From positions 620,001 through 684,000 of the forward strand of contig CDRNVI010000021.1 in NCBI GenBank assembly GCA_977017575.1: a DNA stretch of 64,000 nucleotides, read 5' to 3'. This DNA is from Paramoeba atlantica. Its lineage: Eukaryota > Protista > Discosea. The notes beneath the pieces are model-generated. The model was not told where the DNA came from. It made no database searches and worked only from the letters and a program-made list of their open reading frames with translations. The position numbers and the translations under genes were made by a program. Below, in pieces: positions 33,246-41,962 of this stretch (its first letter is position 1; every line of letters begins with the position of its first letter).

Positions 33246-33314
33246 CTTCGTAAACACGCTTGTTACCGGTCCCAAGCCCGGCACCGCCATATTCGGCGGA
33301 GTGTGAGGGTGAAG
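33246..33314 (+). ncRNA. Twister self-cleaving ribozyme, type P1
   Basis: P1 CTTCG/TGAAG, U^AA, P2 ACAC/GTGT, GC, P4 CCGG/CCGG enclosing L4 TCCCAAGC, P5 CCGCC/GGCGG, then GA and GGG (T1 partner of CCC). Predicted cleavage is between 33251 and 33252. Confidence 0.88.
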
Positions 33315-33490
33315 ATTTCAATACATCTATAGCACGATTATAAACTAAATATAATTGAACTACTTGTTTCTAGTATCCAGTATAACTGCTACATTTAGCT
33401 AAACATTTAACTAAACAATCATACACGCCTGAAAATGTCACGCATCAATTCGCTTGGTCCCGGCCTGGCAGTACTTCATCATCTGTAACA

Positions 33491-33710
33491 AGGCCCATGG
33501 GCTCCGTACCCTTCGGGTATCACTGCCCCAGCAGTCGTGCTGGGAGGCCCATGGGCTCCGTGTCCTTCGGGGCACACTTGCCGTTGCATTTATACATCCT
33601 CTGTAACGAGGCCCATGGGCTCCGTACCCTTCGGGGTACCACCGCCCCAGCATTCGTGCTGGGAGGCCCATGGGCTCCGTGTCCTTCGGTGCACACTTGC
33701 CGTTCCATTT
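33491..33710 (+). repeat. 2 x ~118-bp tandem repeat, each with two AGGCCCATGGGCTCCGT sub-repeats and UUCG-type hairpins
   Basis: Sub-repeats start at 33491, 33545, 33609 and 33664. Confidence 0.9.
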
Positions 33711-33820
33711 GCGCTATACATCCTCCTCTCCAGCATGTTTTTTTAATGAAGTGAAAACAGAATAAAAACAGAAGGGAGAGGGTGGGAAGTTGTGACGTGC
33801 TATGGCATGCCTGGCACCTA

Positions 33821-33978
33821 GGGCTTGGTCCCGGTAACATGGTGCTTACGAAGGAGTGATAATGAGGGAGTTGCTATGCCCTGTCCATGGTATCATGTTC
33901 AGGGGAACAGCGACCCCCCATTATCTCGGCGTAGTAAACACGCCTTGGCTTGCCTGGCACTACGATTCCCGAAAAAAA
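33821..33978 (+). repeat. Internal complementary region (reverse complement of the element's joined ends)
   Basis: 33846-33909 is a perfect 64-nt complement of [35586-35634 joined to 33235-33253 via the shared CATT]. Confidence 0.85.
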
Positions 33979-34040
33979 ACCTTAGTTCCTTAATCCTCAC
34001 TTGAGGCATGGTAACGGGAGTCCTCCCCCCTAAGAAGATT

Positions 34041-34309
34041 TGAAGTTGAAAAATATGGAGTGTTTGGGGGCGAGAAAACAAAGGGGGAGGAGTAATGTTG
34101 GTGCGTTATAGATCCCCCCATATGGAAGTATCGAGGCACACACCGGACGTCTCGGGTTGACGCTCGGAATACGAATATGAAGTTGAAAAATATGGAGTGT
34201 TCGGGGGAGAGAAAACAAAGGGGGGGAGTATTGTTGGTGCGTTATAGATCCCCCCATACGGAAGTATCGAGGCACACACCGGACATCTCGGGTTGACGCT
34301 CGGAATACG
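34041..34309 (+). repeat. 2 x 137-bp-period tandem duplication inside the element
   Basis: TGAAGTTGAAAAATATGGAGTGTT...GGTTGACGCTCGGAATACG at 34041 and 34178. Confidence 0.9.
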
Positions 34310-34572
34310 GCTTTTCAGGATATCTCGCCTAGTAGGAATATTGAATCAGAAATTCAGACCGACGATAGTGAACGCGTTAGTGCTTATTCGGTGGAGAGAG
34401 AAAAAAGAAAACTAGAAAAAAAAAGCAAACGGTTGCTTTGCTTGATGCATTTATACCCGATATATTCTTTGTTAACGAAGATTCATCATAAATACTGAAG
34501 GAGCAACTTGGTTTCTTTACATCAACACACCTAAAACATGGTTTACCATGGGGTATCAAATGTTGCACGGCA

Positions 34573-35157
34573 TTGAAAAGTACCCAAAATTTTATTGAAT
34601 GGATAAATTGTCCCCCTTTTCACGGGAAAATAAGGAAACTAGCCTCCGGGGTTTGGTTACAACATTTATTAGAACTCGTGGAATGCGGGGTGCTACGTGT
34701 GGCACACGACTCTCGATCATCATCACGTTTATATTTACGTTACTTCGAGGCATCAAAAGGGGAGGAATTGTCAAGAAGTATTGCGGATGGAACACCACTA
34801 AATGAGATGTGCAATCGCCCTCCTTGCTTGAATTTTCCAGCTATCGCTGAAATTATCCATGTAATAGAAAATTTCCCCAACGTAAACTTTTTATCCGCTG
34901 ATATGCGACACTGGTTTCACCAGAGTGAAATACCATCAGAATCGGGGCGTACATCAGTTAGGAGATCGATGTGTAATGAGATCACGGAAATGCATGGACA
35001 GATAGGGAAACATGGACATTCTTTTCGAATTTTCCATATTAAATCTAAAGAAAACCCAGCGGACGGGTTGACTCGAGAAGAGCATAATTATGACATAAAA
35101 GAAGCACTCCTGAACTCAGCTCTAAGAGCTGGCGATGTACATGTAGACCCTATGTAA
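34573..35157 (+). pseudogene. Internally deleted reverse transcriptase / RNase H ORF
   Basis: RT N-terminal motifs LVECGVL..YFEASK..SRSIADGTPLNEMCNRPPCLNFP..FLSADMRHWFHQ are joined directly to an RNase H C-terminus GRTSVRR..IFHIKSKENPADGLTR. No YxDD is present, and the ORF start is TTG. Confidence 0.7.
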
Positions 35158-35812
35158 GAATTATAGAAAGCGTAACTGGAGGAAACAAACACACGAATCT
35201 AGAGTAATTAGTAAAATTTATGAGTGGATAGCATGAGGAATGGCAAAGAAAGTAAATCCCCCCCCAAAAGAAAAAACGTTAACCAAAGGTTTACGCCAAC
35301 CCTTTGTTCTATTGCACTCAAAGTTTTCTACTCCATTATGCAGTAAAATTTCCTTCGTATTTCTTCTTCCGAAAATTTTCTATAAATGCACCCTGGTCTC
35401 ACACCCCAGCCTTCTCGACGCATGAGTAAAACCGAGCTGCCGGGGAGATCACTCGGTTGTGGGAGCGGGCCCCTTAAGTGGGAAGCGACTGGGCTGCGAA
35501 ATGAACCGAAAATATATTTTTTTCGGCAATCGTAGTGCCAGGCAAGCCAAGGCGTGTTTACTACGCCGAGATAATGGGGAGTTGATGTTCCCCTGAACAT
35601 GATACCATGGACAGGGCATAGCAACTCCCTCATTTAGTGTGTGAACGAATCGTTTGCAACCTGCTTTCGAGAGCACGCCATGCTGTAGTGGTACGAAAAG
35701 TGTTCCCAGCATATTTTCATATCTTTGAACGAGAATGCACCCAGCCAATTTCATTAGCACTTCCCCTATGGCAACTGGTCGTATGCTTGGTTTATTTATT
35801 GTCCTAGCTGAG

Positions 35813-36946
35813 AATTTCTAGAACTTGCGTTTTCACCAAGTCTTTTCTTCCACGTAAATTCTACCAGGACCGGTGGGATCGGCCGGGATCGTTTTAGCCC
35901 TCTAAGTCAAAGTCTTCTCTTTCGCCAATACCAATCTAGAAGGATTGTAAAATCGCTGAACTCGAAAAAGCATTGGAGTATTTTTTTAGAAACAAAAATT
36001 GGGGGAAAAAAGGGAGATTCCACCGTAAAGATTCCACTTTTTGTTTAGTTTCTCCTACTGTCCCCCCCCCTCTACTTATGCGCAACCGTTTGACCCGGCC
36101 ACTTAAGCGCAATTTTGACGCATCGTTCAGAATAACAGCGCCGCAAAGCGGCGGGCATTTTTTTGGGGGGTACGAATTTTTGTACAGATTTTCACCTCTG
36201 TTGAAATGGAGAGTCTGCAGGTAGTCCCTTTGGGGAGTTCGAGAATTATCTTCATCGATCTCTAGAGATCTCCTCTGATCCACACTGACCTCCACCGATC
36301 TGTACGGCGAGTCTGCATACTGTACTGTACATCAGTCTAAGTCTGTTTTACAGGGCTTCCTTGCTGTCTTTATCGCAGGTATCTTGACGACCCTTGATAA
36401 AAACTTCTAACTTCACGCTGAATACATCCGAAACTTTGGCTTTTGGAATGGCTGCGGTTCCAACCCATTCATGTACCTCAGACACTATCGCGCCACATAA
36501 ATCATTCTTATACATGCAACGATCCGTGTCAGAAGAATGGGACATCGCTTTTGATATCGACTTTGGAGGACCGTAGAGGAAGAAGGGGGAACAAGACCAA
36601 AAGCAGAAAGCGGATTGCTAGGGGGGATAGTATACAAAAAGCAGCCCCGAAGGGTACCCCGCGTATATAACTCATGATAGAAACACGCGCCGCGAAGCGT
36701 CGCAAAAAAATTTTTTCACCCCCTTTTATGGGGCTGTTTATGCGCAATTTTAGGCCAAAACCTGGTTGCGTTTAAGTGGGGTGGTCAGTACCTTCATATG
36801 CACATTGTTTTTGATTTTTAACAATTGAATGAGTTTCCTCAAAAATAGTTGCTCTTTCTTTCGTCGAATTTCTAGAACTCGCGTTTTCACCAAATCTTTT
36901 CTTCCACGTAAATTCAACCAGGACCGGTGGGATCGGCCGGGATCGT
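35813..36946. repeat. Pair of ~80-bp direct repeats (35813-35892 and 36867-36946)
   Basis: AATTTCTAGAACT(T/C)GCGTTTTCACCAA(G/A)TCTTTTCTTCCACGTAAATTC(T/A)ACCAGGACCGGTGGGATCGGCCGGGATCGT. Confidence 0.85.
36056..36790. mobile_element. TIR element (TA|CTG-C-run ends); related solo ends at 32070-32089 and 32175-32230
   Basis: TACTGTCCCCCCCCCTCTACTTATGCGCAACC / GGTTGCGTTTAAGTGGGGTGGTCAGTA. The reverse complement of the right end closely matches 32175-32230. Confidence 0.6.
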
Positions 36947-37793
36947 AAATCTCTAGTTTCAGCCCTCTAAGTATCTACAGCCCTCTAAGTACTACTGTAT
37001 TACTACTGGTACTTTGGTTTATTATTAATTACTACTATTAAGTATCTATCGTGATGATCACACTGTTTGACGCAGTTGTTTCGAAATTACTTTTGTTCAT
37101 GAAAAATGCAGCATTTTGCTTTCTGAAAAACTATCGCAAAGTACTTTTTGTCAGAATCACACAAGATAATGTTGGCAACGGTTAGTAACATACTGTATGA
37201 CGTTGTATCTCCCTTACATGCAGTACATTTATGCATTACATACACGAGCGCAATCTTTGGAGATTCTATAGTTACCCATTGTAATCTTGCGTACGCTGTG
37301 CTACCCAGTGTGACCCACAGAAGACTTCTGCAAGGTCGCTGGTGGCGACTCCCTCGGTCACCCCGTCTGCAATGACGGGGGTGAAGACAGCACCTGAACC
37401 CGCGCAAAATTCTTCGCGCTCGGTCGATAAGGCAGACTTTACTTGTTCATCCAGAGCTCGCCACATGTTCTTAATGAGGAGAGGTGTTGGACGCTCAGGT
37501 CAAAGAAAAGGTTAATTCGCCTTTTTCACATCTTTTTAACTTGACGCTTTTTTCAAAAACAAAAATTTATCTACATACACTACTGTATGTTATTTGTATA
37601 CCTATTTTCCGTTATTTTAATTCCTGCGACAGGCAGGAACCCAGGTGGCTCAAACCATTGTTGAAACAACTAGGGACAATAAATATTGAAACTTTTTTGT
37701 GGAAATTGTCCCTGATATGTGGATTCATTACAATTACAACAGTAATTTTTTGCCAATACACGTAGTGTCATTCTTTGTTCTAAGAAAATCAGC

Positions 37794-38411
37794 ATGAATG
37801 ACTTTATACGCCCTTGTCGCATCCGAGGCAACTCCCTGCCACCTGAGTACGAGATGGCTTATTTTATTCAGCCTATTGCGAATCCACACGAAAGCTGGAC
37901 GACGCACACCCCTGTGTGCTCTTGGTTGGGTGTGAAATGTGTCGATTCCCGCGTCGTTTCGCATATTTCGTGGCAGGGAATGCTCCTACGCGGTAGTGTG
38001 CGGTGGGAACACACACCACCGCACGTAACGCACATAAACTTAGGCGCTGGACGTTACGAGCAATTTTTTCGCGTCAACTACTTAAACGGCCCGTTACCTC
38101 TTGGAGTGCTTCCCCGAACACTCGTGTTGTTTTCCGTGTTTCATGCACAGTACCATGGAGAGCTGGATATGACGGTGCTGCCTCCTGAGCTGCGATTGCT
38201 TGACTTGAAAGAAAACTTTTTCTCAGGTACGCTAGATCTTACACAGCTTCCCAGCACATTAGAAATTCTTAGCCTGAGTGGTAACTCTTTTGTTGGGGAA
38301 ATCAACTTTCTTTTATTGCCCACGCGCTTGAAGCGTTTGGACATTTTGGGGGCACAAGTCGTTCCTAAGGATGCTTTTGTTCCACCCCGTGTTGTTTTGC
38401 GACTGGGATAA
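37794..38411 (+). CDS. LRR protein, dispersed family copy 4
   Basis: RIRGNSLPPEY..VCSWLGVKC cap followed by LRRs. Confidence 0.85.
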   Translation: MNDFIRPCRIRGNSLPPEYEMAYFIQPIANPHESWTTHTPVCSWLGVKCVDSRVVSHISWQGMLLRGSVRWEHTPPHVTHINLGAGRYEQFFRVNYLNGPLPLGVLPRTLVLFSVFHAQYHGELDMTVLPPELRLLDLKENFFSGTLDLTQLPSTLEILSLSGNSFVGEINFLLLPTRLKRLDILGAQVVPKDAFVPPRVVLRLG

Positions 38412-38755
38412 GAAAACAAGAGATCTATTCTTCTTAGTTTATTAAAGTGTTGCTACGTTAGAAAATGTTATATTTATTTTATAGTTGATCGTACGAACCA
38501 TAACATACAGCGTCTGCATGTACGTTCTCTGAGTATCAGAAGTTCGCGTTTCGTAATTGATATTACGTCAGAAGATGACTCAGAAGAGTCATCCCCAGTC
38601 TGAATTCTTTGCACTTTCGGAATAAAATTTATTTTGATTTTGCTACAGGAGAAATCTTCCGAGTATTTATACTTCTATTACTACATTCAAGTCACAATTA
38701 AAGCACAACGCAGTGTAGGCAATTAGAGGTTTATGTTCTCATAAGCTTAAAATTC

Positions 38756-39628
38756 ATGTATTCGTTTGGATATGTAAGGTATGCAGCACTGTTGGTGAGC
38801 ACAGCGGATGATACTTCCTCGGCACATGTTGCCTCGCTCCGTGGTCGGGTTCGTGGATCCCAACTTCCTCCGGAATATCACCTAGATATTTTCCTTCGTA
38901 ACGTCGCCAATCTTCACGTTTCGTGGACTACGGATACTGACGCATGTTTGTGGAAGGGAGTCATCTGCGACGATTCAGGCCAAGTTGTCTCTTTGCAGTG
39001 GAGTATGACAGGGATAGGAGGATACCCACAATGGTCGCATCTACCAGACACGATTAAAACCATCTATCTTGGGGCCCTATTTACTAGTAATTCTTTACGA
39101 GGGACAATAGAATTTGCTGAACTTCCTCCCACTGTTCGTGAATTTGTGGTGGATGAAAATTGTTTTACCGGGAGGCTCATACTGCGAGACGTGCCGAAAA
39201 GTATGCAAATTCTTCACCTTCGTAGCAATCAGCTTTGTGGTGTCATAGACTGGGAAGACCTTCCTCCAATGCTCCAAGAATTGGACATAATAGGAAATAG
39301 TTTTGTCGGCACTCTTCCCTTGATTACTCTACCCTATCAGATGACACGTTTGTATGCCTCAAAAAACAATTTTTCAGGATCGCTGGAACTAGAATGTCTT
39401 CCTCAAAATATGCAACGACTACATCTTGCGAATAACCATTTTACAGGAACAATAAATATTACAGCACTACCTAAATCAATGCGTTACCTGTATTTGGAAA
39501 ATAATCAGTTCACAGGTCACGTAGATGCCTCGGCAATTCCGGATTCGATTCGCGTAGTGGATTTAAGTGGGAATCATTTTTCAAAATATAGCCCTGAACC
39601 TCTTCCGTACGAAGTCAAGGTAGGATAA
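38756..39628 (+). CDS. LRR protein, dispersed family copy 5
   Basis: RVRGSQLPPEY..ACLWKGVIC cap followed by about 8 LRRs. Confidence 0.85.
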   Translation: MYSFGYVRYAALLVSTADDTSSAHVASLRGRVRGSQLPPEYHLDIFLRNVANLHVSWTTDTDACLWKGVICDDSGQVVSLQWSMTGIGGYPQWSHLPDTIKTIYLGALFTSNSLRGTIEFAELPPTVREFVVDENCFTGRLILRDVPKSMQILHLRSNQLCGVIDWEDLPPMLQELDIIGNSFVGTLPLITLPYQMTRLYASKNNFSGSLELECLPQNMQRLHLANNHFTGTINITALPKSMRYLYLENNQFTGHVDASAIPDSIRVVDLSGNHFSKYSPEPLPYEVKVG

Positions 39629-40039
39629 TTCTTTTACCTGCTCTGCGATCTCAATGTGTTGAGACTTTCGCCGTAGCTATATTTGCCTGGAACCAAAGGC
39701 ACCGTTCTATCATGCTAACGAAAATTTTGATGGGAAATTGATGGAACAAACGTTTTTTAAACAGTTTGCTCCATTTTTTCGTAAAAATTGTCTAAACTTC
39801 TTTGTGCTAATCTCAAAGTATTGAGTCCCAGGGCACTCGCCGTCTACCTCTATGAGTTAGCAATGAATATTAGTTTATAGAAGATACATTTTACAGTCAT
39901 ATTCTTTGCGACATATTGATCGAACTCAACCTATTAGCTATTGTGCGTTATAGTTATTCAAGGGGAGCATAGCATAAGTCGTAATTATTTTGTGACACCC
40001 CAAATCAGACTAAATAAGACCTTTTGTTCCTCCTTAAAA

Positions 40040-40849
40040 ATGTTCACTAATTGGGATGATGACAGTGACGAATATGATCGCTTTTCCGATGTGACAAAAA
40101 CTGCAGTACATTCCGTTTCTATAAACGATGGCGTCTCAAAAATTGCAACTTCAAACTTCCTGGATACCAAGATTCCGAAATCTTCAAATTATAGTTCACA
40201 TACTTCTCGGGATATTGCTTTTCCTTCTTTTTTTGAACAGCAGAAAATGGTTTATTTTGTTCAAAAAGGGTGGAAATCCTCGAAACATCATAATTTATTA
40301 GTGGAGAAAACAGAGCTTGACTATTTTATGCCCTCCATCGCCTGCTATTATTCAGGTAACGATCTTTGGTATTCATCTCAAATTGAGAATCACTCATTAT
40401 ATTCTTCGATAGGGCTGCGAATGCACAAGGCCTATATTAGACAAAGGGTGAAACAGACACGGCAAACTGAACGCGTGTATGCTGTGCAACAGTCGATGCG
40501 TCGTAATAATTGTGACACGGAAGAGACTTTATTGCAAATTCTTTATACATGTGCTTCTGTCGGTCATGGTAGTCTACGCAGAAACGAGATCAATAATCGT
40601 ACAGCTAACAAAAATAAAACATCCGTCAGTTTTACGCCTTTTGAGTTCTTTGAGCACATGCACACAGGTTATTTTCGTGACAAAATGAGAAAACGATTTC
40701 GCAGCGACCAAGAAGGCAACAAAGAGGGTTCTTTTGAAACAAATGACAGTTGGAAAGTGCAAGTTTATCCCGCCCTGCGCTTGGCATGGAGTGGACTGAC
40801 TCCTTGTGAAAAATTTATGTATTATTCTTCGTTCATTACACGGACTTAA
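40040..40849 (+). CDS. Hypothetical protein with C-terminal HMG-box-like helix
   Basis: C-terminal ALRLAWSGLTPCEKFMY resembles the HMG-box W..L...EK..Y pattern. First ATG is 40040. Confidence 0.5.
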   Translation: MFTNWDDDSDEYDRFSDVTKTAVHSVSINDGVSKIATSNFLDTKIPKSSNYSSHTSRDIAFPSFFEQQKMVYFVQKGWKSSKHHNLLVEKTELDYFMPSIACYYSGNDLWYSSQIENHSLYSSIGLRMHKAYIRQRVKQTRQTERVYAVQQSMRRNNCDTEETLLQILYTCASVGHGSLRRNEINNRTANKNKTSVSFTPFEFFEHMHTGYFRDKMRKRFRSDQEGNKEGSFETNDSWKVQVYPALRLAWSGLTPCEKFMYYSSFITRT

Positions 40850-41008
40850 ATAGTAATACGCACTATATCTTTTACTGGACACTTAAGTGCGACGTATTCT
40901 AACTTTTTACTCGCTGCTAACTTATTCCGACCACACATTGCTTCTATCACAAGCAATGTTTTCTAAATTTCCGATTTATCTGAATTTTTTGCTTAAAACA
41001 TATTTTTT

Positions 41009-41665
41009 GTGGTGGACACCCCATTGCGTCCTTCCAAAGTTCACTGCGTACCATTGCCTGTGGAGTTCGACCTAGCACGATTGACACAACACGTTAAGAA
41101 CCGTCATAGCACCTGGACAACGCACACGCCAGGATGTCAATGGTCGGGCATAACTTGTAATTCGCAGGATTCCATAGTGGAAATTGACTGGACGAAGAGA
41201 ATGCTACGGGGCCTACTTACATGGTTGTATATTCCGAGTACGATTCTGACTTTCGATGCAAGCAGTAACTTTTTTAACGGAGTCCTTGAGACCGATACAC
41301 GTTGGGTTTCTCTACAGGTATTTTTTATCTCGGATAATCTTATGACAGGAGAATTTCCTTCGGAGAAGCTACCCTTCAATTTGGAGCATTTGGATCTCAG
41401 TTATAACGCTTTATCGGGTGTAGTAGATTTCACGACACTGCCTGTTACTCTACAGAGCTTATGGATAGTGGGTAATCGCTTCGAAGGTGTGCTAAATTTA
41501 TCGTGTCTTCCTCCTCTAATTGTTGAAATGAATCTATCGCGTAATCAATTTACTGGTGCAGCCGATTTTTCTTTGCTACCTGATTCACTGATCTGTATTA
41601 ACGTCACGGGGAATCAGATCTCATCCTTTAAACCCGATTCTTTGCCGGCATTTGTGTTAGCATGA
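41009..41665 (+). CDS. LRR protein, dispersed family copy 6 (5' end possibly frameshifted)
   Basis: SKVHCVPLPVEF..GCQWSGITC cap followed by LRRs. There is no in-frame ATG before the cap. Confidence 0.75.
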   Translation: MVDTPLRPSKVHCVPLPVEFDLARLTQHVKNRHSTWTTHTPGCQWSGITCNSQDSIVEIDWTKRMLRGLLTWLYIPSTILTFDASSNFFNGVLETDTRWVSLQVFFISDNLMTGEFPSEKLPFNLEHLDLSYNALSGVVDFTTLPVTLQSLWIVGNRFEGVLNLSCLPPLIVEMNLSRNQFTGAADFSLLPDSLICINVTGNQISSFKPDSLPAFVLA

Positions 41666-41962
41666 ACATAGTCATCCTGAGTAAGATAGTTGTGAGTAAG
41701 ATAGTTGAGTAAGATACTTGGCCGTTTTATTGTTTGAATTATTTTTATGTTTTTTTTCTTATTTTATAGTTTAGATTGAAGTTCGTAATGGATGGACTTC
41801 CATCACTTTCATTCGTCCATTTTCAGTCCACTTCAGGAGGATGTATTCTTTCTGTCAACAATAGTACATTTAGAGCCACATTTAGTCGTTAAAAAAGCGC
41901 TATTTATCTTGCAACAAACTTTTTTACAAAGATAACGATATTTCAATTCTTGCCTCTGATAC

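Larger units (their letters stand above)
33235..35634 (+). mobile_element. Non-autonomous DIRS-like (tyrosine-recombinase class) retroelement with 5' twister ribozyme and internal complementary region
   Basis: The left end 33235-33279 is complementary to 33821-33864, and the right end 35517-35634 is complementary to 33861-33978 (114/118). CATT is present at both termini and once at the junction. An RT/RNase H remnant lies inside. Confidence 0.75.

Noticed and set aside
33491-33710. CRISPR-like array
   Set aside because: The intervening sequences are themselves duplicated (ABAB), there are no cas genes, and the context is eukaryotic.
33790-33864. Possible second twister on the minus strand of the ICR
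   Set aside because: It has the 5' half by complementarity, but lacks GC after P2, the UCCC loop and the GA-GGG segment.
35240-35425. Tyrosine-recombinase remnant downstream of the RNase H tail
   Set aside because: Only vague similarity (KTLTKG, SHPSLL); no R-H-R-Y motifs are identifiable.
35400-35634. Hammerhead, HDV-like or twister ribozyme at the element's 3' end
   Set aside because: I found no CUGANGA/GAAA core, no HDV double-pseudoknot and no complete twister by eye on either strand. A covariance-model scan would be needed.
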